Assembly: GCA_951406725.2 (NCBI GenBank)
Contig: OX597816.1
Coordinates: 121,458,001-121,522,000 of the forward strand
Direction of reading: 5' to 3'
DNA: 64,000 nt
DNA from: Octopus vulgaris
Lineage: Eukaryota
The notes beneath the pieces are model-generated. The model searched no databases. It had not been told where the DNA came from and was given only the letters and a program-made list of their open reading frames with translations. A program made the position numbers and the translations under genes. Below are positions 1 through 14,831 of this stretch, one piece after another; position 1 is the stretch's first letter, and each line of letters opens with the position of its first letter.

Positions 1-618
1 CAAAACTGTTTGGTTTCTAATAGAACATTTTTGTTTTTTATATGTATTATTGCAATTATCTTCATCTTTATTTTTTTTTTTCATCTGATAAATAAATCTG
101 GTTGGTAGATTTCTCAAGTTTTCATTCTCTGACAAATTCTCTCTCTCTCTCTCTTTCTCTCTCTCTCCTTTCTTCTCTTCTCTGTTTGCAGGAGGAACTT
201 TGTAATCTTAGATGTAGCCTGTGTATAAACATTCACCTACTCATCTGTAGCCTTTCAAATGAGAGAGGATTGTTGCTGTTGCCAGTAGTCTTATTATTTC
301 CCTGACAGGCAGTCCTGAATTGCTTTCTGTTAGTTACCTAAACTTGCTGAATTAGATCTGATTGTCTGTCCTAGTTTTCATGTGTTGTAGTAGTTAGTCC
401 AAGGAATAATAATAATAAGAGATTTTGAGAGAGAAAGAGAGTAGGAATTTAGGCAAGAAGCATCCAAACTTTTCAGCTACAACAAGAAGGAAAATAACCT
501 TGGCATGGTGTTATGACTAAAAATAATTATGTTTACATAATTGCAATTTGTTTCTTTAAATATATTTCATAGATAATTACCAACAATTAATCAAAATATA
601 CATAATGAAATTGATTAG

Positions 619-668
<50 letters not shown>

Positions 669-1787
669 CAAGCAAAATATTAACAAACCAAAACCTTGAC
701 AAAACCTTAAATAAACAGTTAAATACTTGAATGGAGAGAGAGAGAGTTAGCTGGTTAGCTGACTTGACACAAAGAAGTATGTATATTTAATGTGTAACTA
801 TAAATACTAAATAAAGGTTAACAAAGAATAAGAATGCTTTTCTATATGTAACTTTAAAAAGTTGAACCTTGATTATTATAAATTAAAAAAAAAACTGATT
901 CCAACCAAACTGGTAAAAGTTTGTATCTACTGCAAAATTATAGAGTCAAACATATGAGTTTGCATGCCAAAGGTGAAAAGAGGATGTAGACATTTCAGCA
1001 AGACTAACCTTCTGTCTCAGAGAGAAAAATATTTTTACTGACCACCACTAGCTTTCTCAGTCACTGTGTGGATTTTTTATTTACATTTTACTCTTGATTT
1101 ATTGTTGTTATTATTGATGTCAGGAGTGGAGGGTGGATTGGCAGAATAGATGTCTTGTGGTATTTGTTCCAGTTCTTTTTTTATGTTCTGATGTCAACTT
1201 TGCCTTTCATCCTTTTGAAGGACAATAAAATAAAATACCAATCAAGCACTATGGTCCAATCCCCTTCCCTCTAAATTACTGGACTTGTACCTAATTCTAC
1301 CTAATTCAAAAACCATTATTATTATTATTATTACTATTATTATTATTATGTGAATTACTGCTCTTAAAATTCTGAAAAAAACTTTTTCTCAGACAATAAT
1401 TCAATTCCAAAATTCTATCCTCTTCTTTTCACATCATAAGAACTTATCCAAATATACAAACTTCACTGCATAATTTAATGTCTCCTGTGTTAAAACCAGG
1501 TTTTCCCTCCTTTGTGACAACTCTTTTGTATTGATAAATCATTGTGGTCATACAGAAGAAAAGATTCAATCAAATTAACAAATTATATCTATTTATCTAT
1601 ATGCACACACACACACACATACATGTACACGTACACACATGCACACACTTAATAAAGAAATCAATATACTATGTTCTTAATATTAAAAAAAAGCTATTTA
1701 GAAATCTTTTATAAATGTTCCTCCAATGTGCTTGTATAGATTTCTTTTCTAATTTAAAAGCTGCTAAACAATGTATCTGTGATTTAA

Positions 1788-2007
1788 CCCTTTAGCATTC
1801 AATTTTCTCTGTTAAATGTAATACTTATTTATCCACATTGATGTGAATTAGTCATGTATTACCTAGTAGCTTTGAGATTTCAATGATGTGATTGTTTATT
1901 TTTAACATAACATTTTAGGGGAAATGCAAGTAGCTGGATCTGGCCAGTATGAAGATAATATAGGCAGATTATTTTGTCCGGGTATGGCCAGTTTAAATGC
2001 TAAAGAA
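1788..2007. mobile_element. piggyBac-type MITE (TTAA-flanked)
   Basis: ttaa|ccctttagcatt ... aatgctaaagaa|ttaa; reverse-orientation relative at 47933-48151. Confidence 0.75.
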
Positions 2008-2799
2008 TTAAAGTTTAGATTAATTTCAGATTTATCTCATTCCATGCTTAACGATTGGAAAAAAAAAAACCCCATTATTTCAATCAAGAATTGAGTCAAA
2101 TTCCTTTGCTGTTTATGAGCAGAATATGATTGAGAACTTTTAAAATTATACTACTAAGTCGTGTTATTAATACTTTTTACATTTTTCCTTAAATTGTTCA
2201 GTTATTAACTCTTTCCTTTCAAATACCTATTGGTAAATGTCCTTCACATCATAGATTCATAGAGATTCTCTAGAGATGAGATATTTTTTGTTTGTTTTTT
2301 TGTAAACCAATCTCTTCCCTCCTTCTATCACTGCCACAACTGCTACTGTTAAATACACCACTTGAGAATCAGCTGCAAATCTTACCTAGCTTTATATCTT
2401 AGCAGGATACTGCCATTCCTCTAGAGACAGAGCCCTTCTAAAATTTCCACTTTTATAGAGTTTACCCCTATACCTATTATAGTTAATTTTATCACAAGCT
2501 GCTCCTTAATTTTGCCAGACAGACATATTAATGTGCAGTTTTTCTTTGAAAGTCTTGAATCATACTTTCTCTCTACTTTCTCATACTTTCTCTCTACCTC
2601 ATCATTTTGGATTGTAATTTTCAGCACGAGAGTTAAATTTAGTAATTAACTATACTGATTAATAAGTACACACAGGCATTTTAGTGTTATAAGAAGTTTG
2701 CTTCTCAACCACATGGCTTCAGGTTTAGATCTATTGTGTGGCACCTTGGGCAGATGTCTTCTATTATAGTTCCAAGCCAACCAATTTGATATGTTTGAT

Positions 2800-3175
2800 A
2801 TGTGGAGGCACATGGCTTAGTGCTGGTTAGGGTGTTGCACTCATGATTGTAAGTTTGTGGTTTTGATCTTAAGCAAAACACTTCATTTCATGTTGTTCCA
2901 GTCCACTCAGCTGACAAAAGTGATTAACCCTGCATCAGACCAAGAAACCGAACAGACACAGTGCCAGATGGACATAAAACCGAACGGACACAAAAATATT
3001 AAAAAAAAATTCCTACCTATATAGTTTAATGACCAATTCACCAATTTGGCACTTAAAATTTAATGAGATAAAATTTTAATTTTTGTATATCTTTTTGGCA
3101 TCTTATCTATTATTTGTCTTTATGTCTGTTCAGCTTCTTGTCCTTCAGTAAAAGTGTATTTGGCATCCCATCCAT
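2800..3175 (+). mobile_element. tRNA-headed SINE interrupted by an inverted-repeat MITE (about 2945-3155)
   Basis: Head tggcttagtg...gttagggtgttgcactc. The motif cctgcatcagac...tggcatcccatcca is split by an insert with ccgaacagacac/ccgaacggacac on the left and tgtctgttcag/tgtccttcagt on the right. Confidence 0.55.
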
Positions 3176-3178
3176 GTA

Positions 3179-3214
<36 letters not shown>

Positions 3215-3217
<3 letters not shown>

Positions 3218-3372
3218 ACAGGCTTCTTTCAGTTTCTGTCTACCAAATCCTCTCACAAGACTTTGATTGCCCTGAGGCTATAGTAGAAAACACTTGCCCA
3301 AGGTGCCACACAGTGGGACTAAACCCCAAACCATGTGGTTGGTAAGCCAGCTACTTACCACACAGCCACTCC

Positions 3373-3375
<3 letters not shown>
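3215..3375 (-). mobile_element. SINE family B (tRNA head plus ggcaccttgggcaagtg core)
   Basis: Reverse complement of gtggctgtgtggtaag...ggttcagtcccactgtgtggcaccttgggcaagtg...gaaactgaaagaagc. Relatives at about 2670(+), 18835(-), 25030(-), 27095(-), 47185(-), 47400(-), 51030(-), 51820(+), 53190(+), 56160(-), 59260(-), 61490(+) and 62658(+). Confidence 0.85.
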
Positions 3376-3406
<31 letters not shown>

Positions 3407-6400
3407 TGCATGCATGCATGTATGCATGCATGCATGTATGGCAAGGTGCATGAATATGTGAAGTGTGCTCCTGTCTGTGTTTTCTTGTCTTGATATTATG
3501 TTATAGTTGTAAATGTTCCAGATACCATCTTAGTAATAAAAAAAAGTTAGTTAATTGAGTTTCTCCTAGCTATTGATTACTTTTAGAATAACCTCAAACA
3601 TAGAATAAGGCATTCCTTTCATTAAAAAACATGGTTACTATATGGTTTGGTTGTTACATCTAGTAGGTTGAGCAGTTATCTCTTAACTGTTTTGTGGTTT
3701 TGTCAGGTGACAGTGTTTGTCTAGAGAAATGTTGCTCCAATGTTATTTAAAAAGCACAAATTAGCTTCTGTTAATTCTTCTAAAGACTGAGAATACTAAA
3801 AGACTTGTTTTGTCTTTCATCTTTCATCAGTCAGTGGTGTAGATAGACTATCAAACTTGTCCATTTTGTTTCAAGGTTTTTCTAAAATGTTTAAATTACA
3901 AATCATTTGACTAACGCTGTTCAGCAATGACAACCGTTTTTAACCATCATCATTTTTCGCAATCAGTCATGGGATACGAGTTATCTTCAAATTAAATTTT
4001 ATATTGCATTGTGTTGGCCAACTACCATTATTATCTCTTTGTCCAATATGTATATATCAAACCTTAGGTTCCTCTGTTTTTATTAGTTTATTTGCTATAT
4101 TGGTTAAGTGTCAAATTTGCTATCTCAAAAGCTACTAAAGCTAGCCATGTTTTATTAATTTTTTTTTATTTATTTCATATCTATTTTTTTCTAGGAAGTT
4201 ATTTTGATGAAATGCTGTGCAAACTACAGATTTTATTTCATACAAAAATGAAGTCTGTTATACATTGGTTACGAAAAACAAAATCAGTTCTCACACATGG
4301 TTATATACATAGCAACAAAATTTTTGACAGATATTGATAGCTTTAATAATAGTTATTAATGCCAAATACATTCAAATGCTGTCATAAAAGAAAAAAAAAA
4401 CCCAAAAACCATTTGGTTAATGATTCAGTTGTTTCTAATATATCTTCTGACTAGTTAATGGAATAAGAGTGTGTGGCAGTGTACATTGAACATAACTTTG
4501 ATTTACTAACTCATTTTGTTTTTAAATGGTTCAGAGTTTTCAGATTTAATAAGATGGGAATGTTGTGTGCAGTTTTCATTAGCACTTTGAGCATATATAT
4601 CAGTTGATGAAATTCTGCTTCAATGACGAGTTTAGTTATTGGGACCTTGTTTGCTACTGAGGTTTATTTACAGTATGTCTCTTTAACATTAATGGCAGGT
4701 TTATCCTTCATGCCTTTGTTACAGTATATCCTTGACATACTATGCATTTATTTCAATTAATTTTTAAAATAATGAAGAATTTGATAAAATAAAGTGTCAG
4801 TGTTAAGCTTGTATTTGGAACATAAAATGAAATTTTGATAGAAGCTTTAATTTAGATCATATTAAAGCTAGACATTTGTATCATAGAATTAGGTGAGGTC
4901 TCTGGCAGATTGGTACCAAAACAGTTAAAGAAGTACTTCTCAGGCAGAGCGACATAAGGGGTATCCAAGTACACCACAGATTTTAAAAACTATAGTTTAA
5001 AGCTTTAGAAAATCTGTTCTAACAATTGAATGTCTTTAAAAACATGTTATTCAATATCTTATTTTACACAAGTATGATTAATAAGAAGAAATAGTTTTTC
5101 TGTATTTTTTTCTAATTTTTAACTTATAAACATAAATTATTTATTTTAACTTTTATTACAAAGTGTACCAGTAATTCTTTTACTTGATACACAATGTACC
5201 AACATCAAAAGTTTAAGAGCCACTGTTTAATGTATGGTTTTGTTCCTTAGAATTTTTCTGACTTGTATTCATGTTTGGCTCTGTAACTAGCTAGCTTCTT
5301 CTTCACATTGGTTTTGTATTATCACATGTTAGTTACCAAGCAATATTTTGTAACCAAATAAGTACTGTATCATATATGCTGGCTACATATGTTAAAGCAG
5401 CAACAACAGCTGTACTTGAAGAGTGGGTGGTACACAGACTTGGTTAGGGTTGATTTTTCTGGATGCGTCATTTTGTAGACATGAAATCTTTGGTTTGACA
5501 TATGACATTTGCATCAACCAAACTGAAGTTGAAAATACTCCAGCTGAATTTTATGCTTCCTCTTTCCTCTTTCCCCACTCATAAATCTTTTTTCCATAAA
5601 CTTTCATTACTATGGGTGATTGTTGGATGGTGGATAAAATCAGATGCCAATCAAGTACTGGAACCAGTGTCATCAACTAGCCCAACACCTCAAAATTGCT
5701 GGCCTTGTGCTGAAATTAGAAATGATTATTTAGTTACAGTGCTGTCTGTTCTGTGTTAAAATGCTACTGACACCAACTTTGCTTTTTTCTTTCTGTGGAT
5801 CTTAACATAAGATACCACCCAAATATTAGGAATAGATACAATTGACAATACCCCACCATTTAAATTCAAGATCTTCCACTTATATTAGAAATCATAATTA
5901 TTCAAGTTCAATCCTCTGCATAGCATTATGGGTAAATACTTTGTACTATAACCTCCAGTTGCCCAATATTTGAGTGAAATTTACTTGATGGAAATTGTGT
6001 GGAAGGCCATCATGTATGTATGTGCAAATGTATGTACATGTGTGTGTGTATTTGTGTTTGTTTCCTGTCTTCACATAGGCAGCGGTGATGTTTTGTATAT
6101 GGCCCACATCTACAATGTCTCAGAGTGCAGTTGTTCAATGTGCAAAGACCAGTGGAAGTAAAGTGCTTCACTTGAAAACAAAAGCTGGCATCTAGAAGGG
6201 GTATCCAGCCATAGAATACTACCTCAAGAAGTCTCAGCCAACTCGTACCAGCATGGAAAAAGCAGACATAGGATGAGGATGATGATGATGATGGTAATGT
6301 TTATTAGAACATGTCTTATGTTAGAAAAAAATTGTTACTGTTATTGTTATCATCACACAATAAGAAGAATGTGATATGATATGTAATAAAATATAGATTG

Positions 6401-6584
6401 AATCTCTTTCCTAAATTGAACAATATTTCAACAGAGTCAATCTGTATTTCATTACATATCATGTTGCACACTTCTTATTGTGTTATTTACCTTTGTGAAG
6501 ATTTACGTCAATCCTCATATATTATTAAAGGATTATTATCATTATCATCATCATCTTGTCATCATTATTGTTGTTGCTGTTATT

Positions 6585-6983
6585 ATTACACTGGACGAAA
6601 TACTTGTGGAATTTCACCTGTCACTACTTTCTTAGTTCAAATTCTGCTGAGGTTGACTTTGCCTTTCATCCTTTCAGGGTCAATAAATTAAGTACCAGTG
6701 AAACACTGGGATCGATGCAATCAATTAGTACCCTCCTCCAAATTTCAGGCCTTGTGCCTATTGTAGAAAGGATTATTATTATTAAGATAGCAAGCTGGCA
6801 GAATCATTAGCACACCAGGTGAAATGCTAAGCAGTATTTCGTCTGCCACTGTTCTTGGTTCAAATTCTGCTTTGCTTTGCATTCTTTCAGGGTCAATAAA
6901 ATAAGTACCAGTTGAACACTGGGGTCAATGTAATCAACTCATCTCTCTCCCCAAACTGCTGCCCTTGTGGCAAAACTTGAAAC

Positions 6984-7025
<42 letters not shown>
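6585..7025 (+). mobile_element. Two tandem copies of SINE family A with (ATT)n tails
   Basis: gcaagctggcagaatcattagc...gttcaaattctgc...gcctttcatcctttcagggtcaataaa..aagtaccag...gaaaccattattatt. Relatives at about 1130(+), 7290(-), 11240(+), 11830(-), 16845(+), 17555(+), 42050(+), 44885(+), 57430-57750(+) and 60960(-). Confidence 0.85.
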
Positions 7026-7028
<3 letters not shown>

Positions 7029-7289
7029 AATAATGATTTTTCAGATAAGTTTTTGAGAGGATTTTAAAGTTAGACTGTAACTTCTTTTTATCATGTATTT
7101 TGGTTATTTTCTAAAGTTTGCATTAACACAAAAGCCACAAGATTCATAAGAGATGGCAGATTAGCTGATTGATTTGATTGACAAGCAGCATAACTACTAG
7201 TATTTATTTTATCAATTCCACAATGATGAACAGCAAAGTTAACCCTTGTAGGATGTAAACTCTGAATTGAAGAGTTATGAATTAAATAC

Positions 7290-7465
7290 TGTTTTCTACT
7301 CTAGGCACATGGCTCGAAATTTTGTTGGAAGGGGCCAGTCGATTAGATCAATCCCAGTATGCAACTGGTACTTAATTTATTGACCCTAAAAGGATGAAAG
7401 GCAAACTTGACCTCGGCAGAATTTGAACTCATCACCCAGCATGCTAACGATTCTGCCAGCTCGTC
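7290..7465 (-). mobile_element. SINE family A copy
   Basis: Reverse complement of the family A consensus (ctggtacttaatttattgacc...aaggatgaaaggcaaa...gattctgccagctcg). Confidence 0.8.
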
Positions 7466-8712
7466 TTTATGAATTTAATACTGCCTAGGTTTTATTCCAG
7501 CACATTAGCCACTTTTCATTCAATGGTATAAAGTGCTACATATTTTTGAGTGGACAGAGGATACCATTGAATTGATTATAGTATTTATCATGCCCCTGGG
7601 ATGATGAAAGACAGAGTCAACTCTAACTAGATTTGAACTCAGAAAGTCACTAAACATTGAATGTAACATCATCTCAGCTCACTTCATAGTTTTTACTACT
7701 CCATGCACTTTCTCTAGCTAAACAATAATTGTATCTTACTAAGTAATAAGATGCAAGAAGCTGGAAGTAGTAATTAAAAAGAGTTATCTCATATTTTTTG
7801 AAACATATTTTCTGAGAATATCTGTAACTTTGATGAAATTAAATAAAATTGCTCCAGCTAGGCTTACTTCCACTTTAATATGTTCACTTTATTATTATGA
7901 CTGGAAAATTCATTAAATCATTTAGATGTTGATCATTTCAACAATCCAACTTACATTTTAGTTATCTCAGCTTATGTGATTCCTATGTAATCCCCGTTGT
8001 CTGCTATGTTTTGGTTTTAAATCATTTCTGAAATCATTTCCAACCTTAATTATTCAGGAAAATTTTTAACAACTTAACTTATTCAACCATTTTTTGAATT
8101 CAACCATTTATGTTTCTCTCCATCTATCAAGTTTTTTTCTTTCTGTCTAGCCATGCATGTATTTGTCTGTTTGTCTATCTACTTCTCTCTCTCTTGCTCA
8201 TATGTATATGTGTGTGTGTATATATATATACATACATATATATATCTCATCATTTTATATCCGCTTCTTATGCTGGCACAAGTTGGATGGTTCAACAGGA
8301 TCTGACATGTTTGAGGGCCATGTCGTGTAAATTATTCAGCAGGATGTGATGGGCTGAAAGATCACACCATGCAGGAAGGATGGGAGATCCTGTTGAATTA
8401 TCTAACCCATGCCAGCATGGAAAGTAGACATAGACTGATGATGATGGTGATAGATACATAGATAGATATAGAGAGATATATACAAATCTATCTGTGTATA
8501 TCTATTCATGTGACTATCTCGCTAAGTATCCCTACATCAATTTCTATACTGAGCTATCTATCAGTGTATCTTATGTGTGTATTTATTTATCTATACATGC
8601 ATCCATACATACATGAATGTGTGAATACACACACGTATATTTTGTAATTAGTTGCAACGTTAAACATTTTTAAGCAGTGCTTGTCTTATATATGTAAGTG
8701 TAGGTGTGACTA

Positions 8713-8743
<31 letters not shown>

Positions 8744-10914
8744 TGTATGTATGAATGCTCTGACTCTGACAGCATTAGTTCTTAAAGGTCGTTCAACTTT
8801 TCTCAACTAACCAATTTACCGATTGAGCAAACGAGTCAATGAACGAACCTATAACAATTATCAGAAACAGCTACAAGTTATACTCATCACAATAGAGGAA
8901 TATTTAATGACCACTATTTATACCTTGTCTTGTATATCACTCTTGTAAAAGACCTGTCTAACTGGGAAGACAACCATGGATTTACAATATGGAATGGTGC
9001 CTGATGAACTAAAACCTTGGACCCTACCATAAGCATATGCAGAGTTCTTTACTAATGTGAAAGTTTTGTTAGCCTGGTGTATTTGTATTAACAGTGCCTA
9101 TAAAGTATTTTGACTGGATTGATAATCCCTCATTAATAACTATATATGTATATATGCATATATATACATGTGTGTGTGTGCATGTGCATGTGTGAGTACA
9201 TACGCATATATATATGTATAATGTTTATATATATATATATAAATGTATGTGTGTATGTGTATATACACACACACATATATATATATATATATAAACTTCA
9301 AAATTTTCTTCTATTTATTCATCGTATTTGATTATCCTAGCTGGGTAGTTCATTCTTGGAGATGTCATTAGCTCTTCCTTCTGGAAGTTGTTGGTGACTC
9401 AATCTGATATGAAGGTTGTTTGGTAGCAGGCTTGCCTTGAAACATGCTCTACTTCTTCCTGCCTCTCTCCTACAAGATATCACTTGGATTCCATTGCAGT
9501 GACCTAACATTTTCAGAGTGGTTTTTACCATTCTTAGCTTTCTCCCTTATCAAGCTGAACTCTGTTTTTATGCATGTAGATTTATATAAATTCTTTACTT
9601 TTAATATATATTCTTTCTGTACTGTTTTATTTTAAAACATCTATTAAAAGTTTAGTGTGTGTGTATGTTTAGCTTATCCCCACCACAATCTATTTATAAT
9701 ATTATAATATTAAAGAAAGCGTTATTGTCTTTAAAATAACACTCACTTTCTTCATTGAATTATTTTCATATTCAGTTTGCTATATATATATACATATACA
9801 TAAATATATATAGTGTACATTTAAACACAAGAGAAACTATCTTTAACAGGTAATTTTACATGCTAGAAGAAGCAGTCAAAATGACCAAAACAACATTTAA
9901 GAGCAATTTTGAAGGGAATGAAAAATAAAAACTTTTATCTTGTTATTTTTTTATGGTTATACTTCGGTTTCGATTTTTTTTTAGCAAATAAAATAATTTG
10001 CCAGGCTAACATATATATATATATATATAGATATACACACACACATACATGCACACACACAAGCGCACACACACACACACACAAGAGTATAACAGCTTTC
10101 TTGTTTCCTGCAGAAATCATATCAAAGAAATTGTCTAAGGAAACAATATATCTTGTATTTGTTGTTATTCCCTGCCACCATATCATATATTGAATGAATT
10201 ATGTATTGACCCTTTCTCACAATTACACACACAGAGACCTACTCATTCTCTACACTGTCAGCTGATTTAGTTATCCCAGTGGCCTACTGCTTTTAACAGT
10301 CCACCTCCCCCTCACCCAAACCATTTTATTTTTCCCTATATCTTCCTCCCACTCCCTCTTATCTATCTGCTTCCCCTTGGTGCTTTCTAGTTTCACTCCC
10401 TCCTTCCTTGTTTGTGCTTTCCTATAAAAGGACTTTCTTAGAACCTTTACTCTTTTGAAGGAAAGTTTTTGTATTTTTTTCTCACATCCTTTAAGAATAT
10501 TTATGTATTTATTTATTCCGCATACAGATTATTCTAGTTCTCTTTTTCTAGTGCCTTTAACTTTTTTCTTCATGTTCTTCTTCCTCCTCTCTTTATTCCC
10601 CCCCCTCTCTCTCTCTCTACCTTTTCCATCTATTTCTTTGCTATCTCTGTCTTCTTAGTTTTGCTTTTACTCCTATACTTCATTCCTTCTCCAATCTTCT
10701 CCTTTCTCTTTCTCTCTCTTCCCCCCTCTCTTGTTCATTCCCTGTTTTTACTGCAATCTCTTTCCTCTCTCTTGGTAAATATCTATTTTGTAATCCTTTC
10801 TTTTGGCTGACAGCCTTGCTTGTTTGTACCCAGTGCTACTGCCTCTGTTTCTGGCTTTGGTTTTGAAGAACTGCCAGCTTCCAGCCTCCATCACTCAGTG
10901 TATGCAAGATGTAT

Positions 10915-10985
<71 letters not shown>

Positions 10986-11829
10986 GTATGTAGTCTTTTA
11001 AAGATCCTTAGACTTAGCAAAGCAAGCAGCTAGAGGTGTGTGTGTATGTGTGTGTGTGTGTGCCTGCTAGTGTATAATAGTTAACATTGCTTCATCTCTC
11101 ACCACCACAATGCCTCTCTTTCTCCTATTTTTCTCTTTGTTTTGTTGGTGTTACCACCGTTATTATGCACTGCTCCTGTTGTTTAGCTACATGCACTGTT
11201 TTATTAGTGTTGTTGTTGTTATTGTTGCTGTTGTTGTTATAAAGGTGGGTATATTGGCAGAATGACTAAAGTGTCAGACAAAATGTCCTGCGGTATTTAT
11301 TTATTCTCAGTTCAGATCCTGTCAAGGTCAACTTTGTCTCTCATTACTCCATGGTAAACAAAATAAAGAACCAGTAAGTTACTGGTATCAGTTCTATTGA
11401 GAATCCCTTCCCCCACCCTTCAAAGTTGCTGGCCTTGGGCCTGAATCAGAAACCATTATTATTATTTTTATCCTCCTCCTCCTCATCATCTGAATTATCA
11501 TCATGCGTGTGCTTACATTGACAAGAAAACTTTTGCTGTGCTTTATCAGTTAGGGTCATATGAGGAAATGTATCCGAATTTAAGTGATTACTAAATGAGA
11601 TATCATTTTTTTTTTTGTATCTTTTTGTTTCACATCATCAAATTTTTTGCAATAATACTTTCACTGTTGCCATTTCTCCCCTGCCTGTCTCTTTCTCTCT
11701 GTCTCTGTCTCTCTCTCTCTCCTTCTCTCTTTTGTTTTACTCTTTCCTTCTCCCATTCTTGTATCTATTACTTTTTACTTGTTTCAGTCATTAAACTGTG
11801 GCCATGTTAAGGTACTGGTATGGGAATAT

Positions 11830-12050
11830 TAATAATCCTTTCTACTATAGGCACAAGGCCTCTAAGTGGGGAGGGGGTAAGTTGATCACATCAACCCCAG
11901 TGCTTGACTGGTACTTAATTCGAAAGGTAAAGTTGAAAGGATGAAAGACAAAGTTGACCTCAGCGGAATTTGATCACAGAATGTAAAGACAGGCGAAATA
12001 CCACTAAGCATTTTGCCTGGCATACTAATGATTCTACCAGCTCGCTGCTT
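11830..12050 (-). mobile_element. SINE family A copy, inverted relative to 11240-11465
   Basis: aggcacaaggcc...gactggtactta...ggatgaaagacaaagttgacctcagcggaatttga...gattctaccagctcgc. Confidence 0.8.
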
Positions 12051-13085
12051 CTTGATTTTTTTTTTTTTTTTACTCATTTCTCTATTTTCTCTCATCCCCA
12101 GCTGCCAATGTCCTGTTCCACTGTCACTGCAATCATTACATATTAGATAGCCTTTAGTGCTGCTAGTCAACAGCATTTAGTTCTCCACCACCACCACCTC
12201 CCAATCCACCAGCCATGCTCTTAGCTGATACAATGATGCCATCTTGTCTCTTTTGTTAGCTAGATAGATAGACACACAAATGAATACAGATCAATCATAG
12301 GGCACCTATTGTATTGCTTGTTAGATTAATATTAGGCAATCCTTAACCTGCTGCTGATTTCTTTAACTTGTTTGGTGGAACCTTTTTCAAGAAGACAAGG
12401 ATAGATAACCAAGATATGTATCTGTTTATCTATCAGTATTTTCTCTATTTATCTTTTTCTCTATCTGTCTTACTCTCTCTCTATCTTTTTGTCTGTGTCT
12501 ATCTCTATATTTATCTATCTGTTTGTTTGTCTGTCTCTCTTTCTCTCTCCCCCATCACTCTCCCTCACCATTTTTTGTTTACTCTTATTCCTGTCTGCCC
12601 ATCTCTCTTCCTCAAATCTCTCCTACAGCCATTACTGACCAAGATCAATGATGTTAATTTCACTTTCTTTGTCTCTAACTCCATTCACATCCTGTTCTTT
12701 ATGTATCCAGCTTATTTCTTTACTTTGTTCATGTAATGACTTTTGACTTGGTGTGTGTATGTACGTGTGCGTGCATTTTGATTTTATAAGATATTCTTGT
12801 AACTCATATATCATCATCGTTTAATGTCCATTTTTCATGCTGGCATAAGTTGGACAGTGTGATAGGATCTTGCCAGCCAGAGGGCTGTCCAGGCACCAAT
12901 TGTCTGTTCTGTGTGTGTATGTGTGTGTGTATGCATATATACACTCTCCACTATTGTGATTCCTGGATTTTCAGAACTATGGTGACATTAAACCCTTGCT
13001 TTAACCACTGTTTTTCTTGATAGTTGTGCACCAGGTGGCAAGCTTACAGTGAGCTCTGTTTGAGGCTTCAAATCCCTATTCTTGT

Positions 13086-13120
<35 letters not shown>

Positions 13121-13241
13121 AAAGTGTGTGTGATTTTAAAAATTATTTTGTCTTAATTAGATAAGATTTTCCAAAATATTTTTATCCTCTGAATAAATGC
13201 CACCGCCCATACATGCAAAACTTCCCTTTCATTTCACCTAA

Positions 13242-13577
<336 letters not shown>

Positions 13578-13832
13578 TAAAAAAAGAAAAACTGTTAGAG
13601 ATAGGCCTACTTTTCCATTTTTGTTTTTTAATTTTTTGTGGAGAAATTCCAAGGGAGATAATTTACTTCAAATTAGGGTTTTTTTTTTTTTAACTCAAAC
13701 TTTTCAGGATAATTTTCTCATAGTATTTGAAAGAATAGTTAAATAGTTTTGTTAATTCTTTTAATTTTGAACAAAAATCTCCATTATTAGACTTGGAAGA
13801 TAATTTCTCAAAAGTAGGTTCAATTAAAGAAC

Positions 13833-13871
<39 letters not shown>

Positions 13872-14711
13872 TGAGAGAGAGAGAGAACAACTGCCTTTTG
13901 AAAAAGAAACTTTGAAATTATTATTTAGAAACTCTAAATATAAATTTCTTTTTCGAAAATGAAGGTATAGCTGTTTAGTTTTTGGTGTGGGGTTGGGAGA
14001 TAGATATAATTTACTGCATTTGAAATAATTTGGCATAAAAAAATTGCAACATAGTAGCTACTTGTTATTGTATCAAAATGAAGTAAGTAGATTATGAAAG
14101 AGTATCTACACAAGGCAGTCAACCTGCTAGAAATTTCCCTGCTAGAGATTTCCTACCATCTAAAAAAAAGAAGAAAGTATTTATTAGATCAATTGGTTTT
14201 TGACATCTGAAAGAATGTGCTGCTTTCAGCTGGAAAACCTTTGCTTATGGGTCTGCTTAGACGAGCCTGATCTGAGGCTAAAGATCTTTGAAATGATGCA
14301 GATAATAATAAATGACGAACCAAACAAAATCAAAAACTTTTTCAGAAATATCAATTTTTTACAGAAACAAATCTATTCCATGTGTGCTTGATGTTCTTAC
14401 CTTTTTCGTAATTAAGCTGTATGCTGTCATTGGCAAAAGCATCCTATGAGTGTTTAGACTTGTACTTTTTAAACCTTTTCCCTGTAGTTCCGAATTTTAG
14501 CAATCTCTCATCCCAATTTTCTCTCGCACATAAGAAGAAAAATAAAAGTTTTATATACAATATTATTTATTGCATAAAATTAACCATCAATAAAATTGAT
14601 TAACATTAGCATTCTTAAAATAAATATTAAGAAAAATAAATTTAGCAGAAACAATCTAAAGAATGATAAAGGATTTTTTGACGTAAAAACAATTAAAACA
14701 ATTTCCATGCT

Positions 14712-14791
14712 AGAATATGGTGTAGTGGTTAAGAGCATGGGCTACTAACCCCAAGATTCCGAATTCGATTCCATGCCATGACCTGAATAAC

Positions 14792-14831
<40 letters not shown>

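Noticed and set aside
140-305. Strong-looking acceptor ((CT)n...ttgcag at 187-192) as a further YAP exon
   Set aside because: The pyrimidine tract is a CT microsatellite. The downstream peptide (EELCNLRCSL...) has no YAP similarity and I found no clear donor.
14712-14776. tRNA gene
   Set aside because: A and B boxes are present but there is no intact acceptor stem, and it continues into a repeat body. It is a SINE head, like the other tRNA-like heads in the window.
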